A DNA stretch of 64,000 nucleotides from Chara braunii (Eukaryota > Plantae > Charophyceae): contig BFEA01000015.1 of NCBI GenBank assembly GCA_003427395.1, positions 4,594,501 to 4,658,500 on the forward strand, written 5' to 3'. Under the pieces are notes generated by a model. It was given only the letters and a program-made list of their open reading frames with translations. It was not told where the DNA came from and ran no database searches. Position 1 is the stretch's first letter. Every line of letters starts with the position of its first letter. The position numbers and the translations under genes were made by a program. Below, in pieces: positions 23,493 through 35,132 of the stretch.

Positions 23493-25732
23493 ATTTGAGA
23501 TCGTAGATGAGGGGGATGATGGGGTTGGAGTAGGAGGAAGAAAGGGGGAGGGAAGAGTGACAGAATGAGAGAGAAAAGGATGAGAAAGATGGGGAGGAGA
23601 AGAGAAGATAATTGGTGGAAGTGAGTGAGTGAGTGAGGAGGAGAGGGGAGAAAAAGATGGTGGAAGATAGTGGAGAGGGAGAGGTATGAGACAGCGGTAG
23701 AAAAGGAATGGAGAGAAGTGGAGAAAAGAAGAGAGGAGAGTGGCGTAGGGTAAGAGATTAATTTAGTGGTAGAGTTAGAAAAAAATGATTAGAGGGTGGA
23801 GTGGAGAGAAAAAAAAAGGTTGGGAGAAAGTAAATTAGTGAGTAGGGAGTGATACCAGGCTCTTGGTTGGCCAAGAGCAGACAAGGTCAATAGGATCCAC
23901 ATGATCTTGGCCTTCAAGGTGGTGGCAGTCTACTACCGCAGCAAAAAAATAATAATATAGGGTTGGTTGAGATCTTGATCAACCACCCTGATTACATAGT
24001 TGCACAAACCCCTAGCTAGGGGCGTCTTCACTGCTGTTAAAGTAGTAGGGGGAAAAAAAATAATAATAATAATCATCTGGGTGTGTTGAAATCTTGACCA
24101 GCCACCGAGATCCCACTGTAGTGCAGCCCCCTAGCCAGGGGGGTCTTCAAAACCCTCAACAAGTTGCCACGTGGCCCTGCAGATGGCCACGTGCGCAGGC
24201 AGCAACAACCACGTCTTGGGGTTGGGGGGGGGCCAAGTAACAGCCCACCCGCTACTATCGTGGTGGTTGTTCCTCGCCGCTCCTTGACGGGAGGGAGGGA
24301 GCGGGGGTAAATAGTAGGTGTGACACTCTTCAACACCAATGAGCCACGTTATTTGTTCATATTGTAGCTTTGGCTAGTCTGTTAAAGCACTAACCACACA
24401 CGCGTGAGCAACAGCTGCCCAGGTTCAAACCCTAGCAGTTGCACTCCCAGATCTTGATAATATATAATCCGAGAGCGAAGCGGCGCTGGGCGGCGGGGCA
24501 GCGTGGGCACGTGGCGCGCGGGGGGCTTGGCCTGGACGTTTGCGAGCATGTGTCATGACGGTACTCTCCTTTTTCGCTACGTGTACGTCTCTGGGCGCTG
24601 CTGCTTTTCCCGCCGTTTTTCGTGTTTTCGCTCTGAAAATTGGCTAAAATAAAGATAGTGAGATTACACATTTTTTCCACACTTGAGGAAAAGGGTGGGG
24701 GGAGCGGGGACCGTTCCCACTCTGATACTAGTGTGACGAACCCACCGGGATGGCAGTCCGTCAGGATCAAGATGAAGGGATGAGCACGGCGGAGATGGGG
24801 ATGGAGCTGGAAGGGACATCACAGCTCCAACGCAGACTCAACGCGGACGTACTTCAAACTATGCAAATGAAGAAAAAAATCGAAAACAGACTGTTGTTGG
24901 GATATACCCCCAGCGGACAGACTAGACTGGATTGGACTGGTCTGATACCAATCATGGTAACGGGCAGGACTGGACTGGATTGAATGAGCACACGACCTGT
25001 GTGGTCAGACCACCACCAAATCCGACAGGCCTGATAGGAAAAATAGCCAGATCGCCCTGGCTATAAGCCATGGCAGCCAAAGGCACGTTGCAGCCACTTA
25101 AATTATGCAATCTTTGCAGTCTTATATCTGGTCTCATACAACCAGCGGATGGGTTTAGGGGCGATGACAACTAGTATTGAAATGTTTTTGCCACCAGTCG
25201 TTCACCATGTCCCCCCGGTTCTGTCTAATTCTCAACATCCGGCACGTCACCTTGATAGTGAGCTTAGAGAGTTGTTGAGATTTAGGGTTTGTGGCTCAGG
25301 ATTGCATGGCGTTGTAGGGTTTCATTGCACTTCCATTGGGGCGAGGGGCAACTCTTAAATCGGGGTATCGGAACAGAATGCCGATTGTTCTAATCCTTCC
25401 CCTCCCACCCTGATTGGATGGAGTCAATCTTTGTCAATCCACTCAAATGGATTGCTGCTCACACCCAGGTGTCCCTCTTTCCCAAGAGCATAATGCTCCA
25501 CCAGCACATCATCTAGGCGTACTTGGTGGATCGAGCTCATTCGTGTTGGGTTATACTTCTTGCACAATCCAATCTCCTTCTCGTAATGTTGGTCCTTTGT
25601 GCAAAATAGGAAGTCGGGCAAGCGGCAAGACTTATAAAATTTATTTCAATGCCAGTTCAATAAGGTGGGAGTCAACCCATTTTCTAACAGGTGATGCTTC
25701 CCACCAATAGATGGAGCCCCCACTAGGTGTTC
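23493..25732 (+). repeat. Segmental duplication copy 2, containing LTR copy 24732-25092 and a decayed PBS
   Basis: Colinear with 14867-17131; same TGCA|GCCAC junction. Confidence 0.92.
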
Positions 25733-27532
25733 ACGGTGTTCGTTGTCGAGCTCATCGGTCCGACACCGTACGAGCGGGGCGGGACCCTCCTAGCCGTGTC
25801 ACACAGGAGTTGGTCTAATCCTCGTCGTGAATATATATGGAGCTTCCGCAAGCCGCTGCGGCCGAGAGCGCCAGCCATACCTCTCACGAACCCCTAGGAC
25901 AGGATAGGGCCTACGTGAGGCATAGACTTACCTCCACCTTACGGGAGCTGTCAAATCCCCTTCGGTGGGCGTATCCCCGCCGAGCTACTGGTCCAAAGTA
26001 CGAAAGTTAATCAACTGCAATCGCAGAGGTAAACCTGTCGAGGGCGTTTCTCGTTCGCTGTAGCATAGGGGGCACGCGTGGTTTTTACGCCTCTATCGGA
26101 CCCGCACGCGAACCGACGCTTTGGGGGGCTGAGGTCCCAAGCGCGACCCGTCGCCGGTCGACTGGAACGTTTCCCACACACCGCACGCACACCACTCTAA
26201 ATACATAAAATTTAGAACCCGCAAGTACACACGCATATACAGAACGACACAAACAAAACAATGCACATTATCCTACTATTCCCTTCAGTAGTCATCCCAT
26301 AACTCTCTGATGCGGAGGTCGGATAGACGACGCGCGCAGGTCTTAGTATAAAACCGTGCGGACACAGGGCCTTCGCATATCGACTAGCAATGCATGAATG
26401 CACAAGCAGTCGCAATGATGGCGTACTATGTAGTGCCCATAATCAAACGGTTCTTCGTGGATCCTGGTACCGCTTATGACACTCAAGTGTCAAACTGGAA
26501 GTATCGTGAGGGTCTACCCCTTCACGATATTCCACGGCTGAAGGAACAGTCGTGCGGCCTCCGCGGCACCTCCGGCCTTTAGGTTGAGTGTCCGGGTGGG
26601 CAGGGCAAACAGGCTTTGCGCGAGGAGTGATCCCTTTCATGCAGAGTCTATGGGTTGGGGTGTCATGGACAAGGACCTAGAATCCAGGCCGGGACTAACG
26701 TCCTACTAAGAAATCTCTTTAAGAAGCATACATCAGACAAAGGAGGGTTTCCTCCCTTTCCCAATCTCAACCTTAATTAAACCCTTAAGCGTGGGCCCTT
26801 TGGCCACGCGAACACCCAATCATAAGTATATACATATGTATATATATATATATGTATTGGGGAATAAGTATGTGACGATCACTTCTCACAATCACAGTTG
26901 GACTCCTCACAACCATATATATGTATGTGATCGCAGGCAATCAAATTCAAAGTTTGAACCACAGAACATACCTGCAATCACATCAAAGAGTCAACCAAAA
27001 GTTCACACACTCGGAGTCAACCTCAATCATTCCTTATACTCATACCCCTTGCTTTAGTCGTGCAAACCCCAACCTTTGTCCAACCTTCCGTAATTAAATA
27101 CTCGTTACCTTTGTTAAATGGCCATTCAATAAAAGTCTGGGTGAAAACCTTAATAAAACCATAAAAAACACCAGGGCTAAAGCCTTTTAGGTTGAGTATT
27201 GAGGATGAATTGGAGTTTAGTCGCAGACCGATGAATCGGCAACCGACCTGTTATCAGTGATAACGGAAGATGATCCTTGTAGAATCAAGCTGAATCTAGC
27301 TCAAATCCTAAATCAATCGATCAAGAAGATTTGTAACACAAGACAGGCCAATCTGCAAGCTAAATTCATTAGTGTATGAAGAATACAACTCCATAACACA
27401 TTCGCACCCAAGACCCTTCTACAAGCTAAGCCTAGGCCTGCCTCTAAGCCAATGCCCAACGCAAGGCAGACCTATGGCAGCATCTCCCTTATTTGGGGTG
27501 GATTGTCAGAGTCGCCACCTATCAAAATTAAG

Positions 27533-28131
27533 TCTAACTCCTCTAAACTAAGAAAAATTTGGCAACGTTTCTCGTAGGAAAAGTGTCTTCTCAGAATTTA
27601 TTACAACTCAAATATGAAAACAAAAACCAAACTATAATTTTGGAAAGTCAAATTTTGTCTAACTCCCTGAATTAGTAAACATTTGGGGAACATCTCCTTT
27701 AGAAAGGTAGACTTCCCAGATTTATACTAATTCAGATAGGAACTAAGAAGTCAGACTTGAGTTCGACTTAGGACAAAGTTCAACGGACCCCATAGATTTA
27801 TAGAAAGTTCGGTAGCGCTTCCCGTAGAGAAAGTGTTATTCCAATATTTATACAAAAAGTTAAGCTAAAAAATTTAGAAAAAACTTTGACTTCCCAAAGT
27901 CCAATTTTGTCTAACTTCTTGAATTAGCAAAAATTTGGGCAGCACTCCCTTTAGAAAAGGAGACTTCCTATATTTTTACTAAGTCGTGTATATAATTTAG
28001 ACAAACTGAACTTTTGAAAGCCAAAATTATTGAACTTTTGAAAGCCAAAATTTGACTAACTCCTTGGTTTTGTAGAAATTTCGGCAGCGCTTCCTGTAGA
28101 GAAAGTGGCTTACCAAGATTTATACAAGACC
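27533..28131. repeat. Array 1 in copy A: five ~125-bp hairpin-forming units
   Basis: Units start near 27533, 27658, 27782, 27910, 28055 (TCTAACTCC...GGCAGCGCTTCC...GATTTATAC). Confidence 0.85.
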
Positions 28132-28339
28132 AAATTGAAACTACCTCTTATCGCTCTAGCATGTGGCGAGTATCTAAAGCAAACTGAAACTCAGACTAAG
28201 TAGTAACCTCATTCAGCCACATGCAAGACCAAACCACAAAGATAAGTACTCTCACCAGCCCAAAGTCAACCTTGTCAAACAGTAGTTCATAGTCTTTCAA
28301 TGATTTATCCCCTTTATACCCAGCTTACATAGAGCGTAA

Positions 28340-29065
28340 AGCTAGACCACCCAAACTTATGGAACGTGTCTAGCTCAGTCATTGAGTATACACAAACACA
28401 GGGTAAAACAATTTTTTTTTTCTTTGGGCATGTGACTAGGTCACCCTAGTCGTCTTAAACTGTTGAAGTATCCCAGTTTTATATAACTATTTGCACTTAC
28501 TCTTTTGATGTAGCATATAACTGAACCGATCATCTTTAGCTCGAGATTTAGTCTGCCCCTTCGTACCACAAGTTTACTCTTAATTAGTACTCCCTTCAGT
28601 TGGTGATAAACTATAGTCAGACCACCCAAGCTTATGAAACCCTGTCTGACTAGCATGTTCATAAGTAGGATAGTAATAAAGTATAGTCAAGTTATAACCT
28701 TTTGGTTTCAGCATGTGCATGACATTGGACCAAGACCACCCAAACTTATGAAACATGTCTGGTCCTCAGCCTGGTTTTTTATCTTAATACCAAAGCAGGG
28801 AGAGGTTGAGTCACCCGAACTTATGGAACATGCTCAGACCTCCTTGTTCAGAACCAAAAGAAACTAAAAGAAACCCAAAGTAAACAAGGTGACCAAGTTA
28901 CCCAAACTTATGGAACATGCTTGGTCTCTGAAAAGTCATCCACAGACAACCCTCTCAAGTCAGAACAACCAGACCACTTAAACTTATGGAACATGTCTGG
29001 TTCTCCAGGCAATCCCAAATAAACATAGCACTAGGTCTCCCCAAACTTATAGAGACTTGCCCAGC
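28340..29065. repeat. Array 2 in copy A: about 7 hairpins with conserved loop CACCCAAACTTATGGAACAT
   Basis: Stems CTAGAC/GTCTAG, TAGTCAGAC/GTCTGACTA, GACCAAGT/GCTTGGTC, AACCAGAC/GTCTGGTT, separated by unrelated spacers. Confidence 0.85.
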
Positions 29066-30519
29066 CTTTGATTGTCCCAGTCAGACACAAACAAAACTAC
29101 CTTCCTCCGATCCTTCCCCCATATGCAATCTCACAAACTGCTTTGAGTCAGACAACAAAACTGAAACTGACATTACGCATACATTTCATTACTTAGTTTG
29201 GATCATATCTTGAAAGTCAAACTGAAAGTCAAAGTAGGGATGCAATCAGTATAATTAGTCAAAACATAGTTAGGAATATAAATAATGGGTTATAACTGGG
29301 TTTATAGAGGGAAAACGAAATCTTTACCTCTCAGTTCCGAGCCTCCAAAACTCCTTCTGAGTTCCGGTAGAGCTCCCGCAATCGGTGGGCTGATTCCCCA
29401 CAGAGTCTTGCTGCGGTCCTACGGGTTATAATCCCACCTGCCGCCTTCCTCTCAGAACCAACAGACTAGACTTAGAGTGAGAAGGGCAAAAGAAGAAAGT
29501 TTGAGTCGCTCAGATACCAGAAGGGTGCTCTCAAACTCGCGCGAGAGGGCCTTGTTTCCTTGACTCGCCTGAGGGCCCCTCAATGGTGGTCAGGATACAT
29601 CAACAACTTGGTCAACAGAAGCTAAACCACAGGCTGATTGACTTTCTTGACGACCCTCCAATTCACAGCGATACTCTCCTATTCAGCGTCAGATCACTCC
29701 CTCACACCATAGTGTTTCTTCTTAATCACATTGTTGTAACGCAGGATTCAAAGTACCATGATAGTGTACTAACAATGACGCACCATGCCACACGCCGCTT
29801 GGCAAAAGCCCATCAACTTAGTCAACGCAAGATCTCACTGATGCATGGCATAAGCTAGGCACCAACAAAGTGTTATTCAGCACATGCATAGGTAGTGTGT
29901 GGTAGGTGTACAATGAACTGTCTTCAAGATGCGCAGTGATACACAACAGTTTGTTGTTTTGAAGACTGTAGCAGCAACACGTTTTCTAGTCCTCCAACTG
30001 CAGCTCCGGATTATTACCGGTGGTCGTGGGACTCCCGAGTATCTATCTGCAACACTTTCATCTCATACGGGACGACAACCACGGCCACCAGCATGCTCCC
30101 ATCGATAGCGTGACCGAGTCTTCGTCAGCAGGTAAGTGAATTGTTTCGTTTCTCCCTACTTCAACCGGCAAGATGGACGGTTCATCAACTCACAGGAAAA
30201 CCCCTCCTTTACTGCTCTTCTCAATGGAAAGGTCGGCAGTCTGGCCCCCGGATCAGCTTTCTCAGAGCAGTTATACCCCTTGTGCTACTACGAGCGACCC
30301 TTACCGTAGGGGCCCACCGCAAAACTCACCTACATGGAGAAAAGGTTAACCGACCCCCCATTTTTTCACCTCAATGTATAAGAAAACCATAAGACCATCC
30401 CAAGCAAACTTCACACCAATGATAAGGGTTCAACCAACTACTTGTATAATAAACAACTTGGGGAATGGTGAGGGACTTACTGGGCGTGTGTGCCTCTTAC
30501 TTAAATCAAGTATGAGTTG

Positions 30520-32007
30520 TCCTTTGATGGTAGCTTGGGATATTGTTCTGTGTTGTGTTACAGATCTTGTTCTGTCACTTTGATTCAAGGTCTGACTACT
30601 TCATCCTAATCATGTGAGAATCATCTTCTGTTATCGTTTGATAGACTCAACTCTAACTCATTCTCACAATTCAAGCTAAGGCGTTAGTCCCTGTGAGTTG
30701 AAATGTTTCTTTGGGTTTTTACCCGGACTTTTATTACATGGTCATTTAAAAATGACTGAGTGTTTTTTTTTTTGAGGTTTGAAAAAATTGGTGTTTGTGT
30801 GAATAAAGCAAGGGGTGTGAGTGCAGAGAGTGGTTGAAGTTGACCTCGTGTAGTGTGTAGTCTGTCAATGTTCAAATCTTTACGTGATTGTATGTATGTC
30901 TTATGAGCTGAAGTCCGGATTAAACTTTGTTTGTGATCATTTTTATATTTGGAAGGAAGTCACACACTGATTGTGAGAGTGATTGTCTCGTGTTCGATAA
31001 CCCTACTATGTTTATATCTTGAGTATTTATGCGATCTGCTTTGACCATGCGCAAGGGTTGAGTGGATTTGGGATGAGAAAAAGAAGGGAATCTTTTCGAT
31101 TTTGCTTTTTCAATTTCATAACTGGATGTTGAGGTTTGTGGTGACTTTCATAGTCAAACCCCTTGATCTGTTTCCAAGACTCGGAAGATGGGGTCACTTT
31201 CCCAGAGTCAGGGTTGTTTTGCCACCTCAAAGGGTCAAGGCCCGTCTACCGCCAACAATGTGCAGAAAAAGATAGGACTTGCAATCGCTTTCGAGATCGT
31301 TTAACGTCAGGAGATTAATATCTCAAGACGCGTATCAGTCAACACCTGAGTGTTAAAAGCGACCGTTAAAATTATTAAGGACCGCATGGTTATGGGCACC
31401 ACATAGTACGTCATCATTGCGATTGTTTGTATATTCATGCACGACTAGTCGATATTATAAAACTTGCCTCGCGGTGATATTTATTCAAAGTCTTGTGCGT
31501 GATGCTCGCTTGTCCAGTTGCCAAAAGGTTATCGGTCGAAAATGAATAAGGGACTATGCGTGATTTAGGTACGAAACTTGGGTTTATTTTTGTGAAGTAT
31601 ATTGCGTAGTTAGATTGATCGTCCTAGTCGACCAGCGCAGCGCCGTGGTTGGGAGATCATCCCCCAGAGCGTCGGTTCTCAAGCGGGTCCGATTAAGGCC
31701 CTCGATCGTGTGTACCCCTACAACGAACGAGAAAACGTCCTCGGTTGGGTCACCTCTAAGATTGCACTTGAGCAACTTTCGCACGTGATTCGGTAGCTCG
31801 GCGGGAATACACCTACCCAAGGGTTGTGACAACCCCTTGAATGGAGGTAAGTTGTAGTTTGTGGGATCTCTATCCCATTGTAGGGTTTCGTGAGAGGTAC
31901 CTTTGGCGCACTCGGTTGGAGCGACAAAACGCTCGTGCGAAAAAGTCCTGCAAAAATTTTGTGTGACGCGACCAGGAGAGTCCCCTTGGGGACCGATGCG
32001 CTCGACA
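30520..32007 (+). mobile_element. Family X copy B, inverted relative to A and truncated
   Basis: Reverse complement aligns with 25744-27360; ends CTCGACA at 32007. Confidence 0.72.
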
Positions 32008-34113
32008 CCGCAAGCCGTGCAGGAGATCTTGCAATATCAGTCCTCTAACCAAACCATCAAGTCAATTTGGGGATGGATATCCAAGGTAAGCTAGACCATA
32101 TGTGCAAGAGCAAGCAGTTGTCATGTGAGGTGGGTGTAAAAAATAAGGTGTTTGATCCATTTAAGGCCCAGGGTTTGAGTTTGGTTGTGGGGATCTAGGA
32201 TGCCAAGTCCACCTTGGGCCTTGGGTTGGATTACTGAGTCTCGGACCACCCTACTGATGGCATACCCATTTTTTGTATCCCCTCGCTACAGGAAGGTCAC
32301 TACTAGTTTTTTAAGCGACTTTATGGCAAACTCATTCAAAGGTCAAAAGGCCCTACTTTGCTCGGACCAACCGTCGTTTTTGCGAGTCGCCAATGCCTTT
32401 TGCTCAAGTTAACATATTCTTGTACTTTCGAGTTCCGCTAATTTCCCTCTTACCAGGGATCATTGCCTCTTGTAGCCTGACCCACCATCGTGGGTAGTGC
32501 CTACACGCACTTCGACCGAGTCTAGTAAATAAATGAGCAGGGTTGTTCCCCATACGTTGGTGGCTTCTAAAATGGTCACCCGAAAAAGGGTACTAATTTA
32601 GCCTCCCTCCCGCTCGGGAGTACGAGAAAACGATGTCCACTCTTAGTTATGGAACTCCCTACGCTCTAGAAAGTGGTTTGAGATATCCCTCCTCCTCACC
32701 CGAGTCATGTAGCTCGGATCTCATGAGTCGGGCTGGCTCCACCGCGATACAACAAGATATCTCCCCGTAGTACGGTTCACTCTGGGTCAAAAACAGGGTC
32801 GGCTCCTAAAGCAACGAACCCCTGCCCAAGCTGCTTCTTAGAGAGAAGAGGTCCCAGTCCCTAGGTGGAATCGTCCCTTCCTTTATTCTCTTTGTGAGGG
32901 GGTGACTCAGACAAAAAGGAAATAAAATAGAAAAGGAGGTAAAGTTGAGACCATTTTGGACGGGCAAAGGCGAGTGGGTCATTCGGGATAGAATGGGATA
33001 TTCCTTACGAAAATACTATATTCATTTCTAACTTTTAGTTTTTTATCCTCGTTTTTTTTTTCCTTTTTCGGCACCCGTTGAATCTCATCCTTTCCAAAAT
33101 ACACTTCTTTTTGACAGGCAGGCAGACAAAGGAGTTGAGAGCGGATAATCATTCTCGTCATTCCCAGTAGTCATGGCCAAAGTTTCATTTTTTCATGCCT
33201 CATTTTGCCTTCATGTACAGCAAACAAAGAAAATCGGTCCGAATAGAATTCATTCACATCCTATCAAAATCAGCTCACCTTTCCCACATGAATTGATGTT
33301 CATACACCCTACTCTACCTTTTCCCTGAACATTCAAAGCAGGGTTAAGCAAAGTGTGGGGTCACGCAAGTGTGAAGGGGACTGAGTCAAAATTGACCTTG
33401 AGTGAAGTTATAAGTGGCTCACCAAAGAAAGTCTAACAATATAAAACAAACTGTCACACAATACCACAAGTTGCGCTCTCTCCACCAAAAGGTGGTCTCT
33501 GTCCTCCTTCAAGTGCCCAAATGAACAGAATCTAGCCCACTGAAAGACTCATGCAAGATAACCCTCTGGGAGGGTGTTCTCACAAACAAGCCCTCGTGGC
33601 CCCACTGCACCACGTCCTCCAATGATAATATAGCAAGTCCAACCTCCTCCACTTACGGCGTCCACGTACAATAATCACGCGAACCGCTCATATCTCGCCT
33701 TCAAATTAGTCTCACCTGGTAAGAAAAGAATGGCTCCAGATAGTTCCACACAGTCACCCGACGCACCGAATGCTTCCAAACACAGAATGATTTACGCCAC
33801 ACGTCCCCAAAACAATAAGGGCGGCTTTCCAGCACAAATATCACAAGTGTCGCCACCGCAACAATTATTCTACTACTACCATATTGTCAAACCGTTACCG
33901 CCGTTGTCTAACAGCACCGCCTCTCGATCAAAACTACTATTATCACGCAACTTTGATACCATCGTCGTTCAACCATCCAAAAACTACTTCGCCTCACAAT
34001 CTCGGCAACACCTCCCCTCAAAATATCAACGGCACGCTGGAAATTGTGCGGCACGGTCCCCCTTCAACATATCATTGTTGTCGTACTATTATACGGATGG
34101 AATCACCCCACAC

Positions 34114-34116
<3 letters not shown>

Positions 34117-34186
<70 letters not shown>
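34117..34186 (+). repeat. Poly(A) tract
   Basis: About 70 consecutive A. Confidence 0.95.
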
Positions 34187-34187
<1 letters not shown>

Positions 34188-34328
34188 AGCATCGCGGACA
34201 GCCACACCTCCTTTCTCGTTGCCGCTTGCTACACGACCGGATCCTGGCACAGCCTACTGGCCGCAACACCAATGCAGGGGTAGGGCATTGAGCTCCCAAC
34301 CTCCGGCTATGGTTGCCATTCCCCCACT

Positions 34329-34430
34329 CTCTACTCCTCTGCAAACCACCAAGTCCTCCTCCATCAACCTCTCCCCTCACTCTACTCCTCTGCAAACCAC
34401 CAAGTCCTCCGCTATCAACCTCTCCCCTCA
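34329..34430. repeat. Tandem duplication, 2 x 51 bp
   Basis: CTCTACTCCTCTGCAAACCACCAAGTCCTCC...CCCTCA occurs twice. Confidence 0.9.
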
Positions 34431-35077
34431 CTCAAACAACAGAGGTGCATCAAACTGGCCAGCACTCAAATGAGTAGAGCCAAAGCAACATCAATGCAAG
34501 TGTGAGGTGGTTGGGGAAAGAGCTGCCCTTTTATAGTTACTGGAGGGCAGTGGGAAGCACTTCCTACCTCAAAGTGAAATTCGTATCTCACCCGGGGCCC
34601 TTGATCTAAGCCAAGATCAAGGGTCTGGTGTGACTGCAGCTCAACCACACTCTTAGGGAGGCGGTTACTTTTAACTGCCTCCTTTTATTTATTTTTACTT
34701 TAACTCAACTATCTCGGAATTTCACGAGATAGTTGAGCTTCTGGCATAAAGCACTTTTTTTTTTTTTTTTTGCTATTCTTTGGAGAGCTATGACTCCTCA
34801 AAGTTTGACGTACCCAGTACACTTTTCACTGCAGGTACATCGCAGAAATGGTTGTACTTAGCCATTTCTGCAGAATGGCCTCTTCATCTTCACATTCCTG
34901 CCTGAGCGGTCACACTCGGGCTTTAGTAGCATACCCCTAGGGCACCTTTGCAGCCATGTGCGTGGCCGTTGCTTTTTTTTTCCTTCCCTCTCCTCCTCTC
35001 TTTTATTTTTCTAATCTATGCCCCCTCATTTTCCCTGTGAGGGGGTAGCTGGTTTTCTGAGGTGAACAGTCACTCCC

Positions 35078-35132
35078 GTCATTTCACAGAGTCGAACTAG
35101 AGTTAAGCTCAACAAAGTTTTCTCCTCCCCCC
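35078..35132 (-). pseudogene. 28S (LSU) rRNA-derived fragment
   Basis: Minus strand TGTTGAGCTTAACTCTAGTTCGACTCTGTGAAATGAC resembles LSU ...CCTGTTGAGCTTGACTCTAGTCCGACTTTGTGAAATGAC (recalled). Confidence 0.75.

Larger units (their letters stand above)
25744..29660 (-). mobile_element. Family X copy A (putative giant LTR; right end unresolved)
   Basis: Begins TGTCGAG at the same point as copy B; colinear with 44900-49260; no convincing ORF. Confidence 0.7.

Noticed and set aside
28340-29065. CRISPR array
   Set aside because: Irregular spacer lengths, variable stems, no cas genes, eukaryotic repeat context.
29328-29460. Conserved minus-strand coding exon in family X
   Set aside because: Differences between copies A and C show no clear synonymous bias, and frames contain stops.
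32420-32800. Homology with 41400-42500 (AATGAGCAGGGT)
   Set aside because: Only a 12-nt match and vague similarity; not supportable by eye.
33730-34473. 247-aa poly-Lys ORF
   Set aside because: Driven by the poly(A) tract and a 51-bp repeat; no domain signal.
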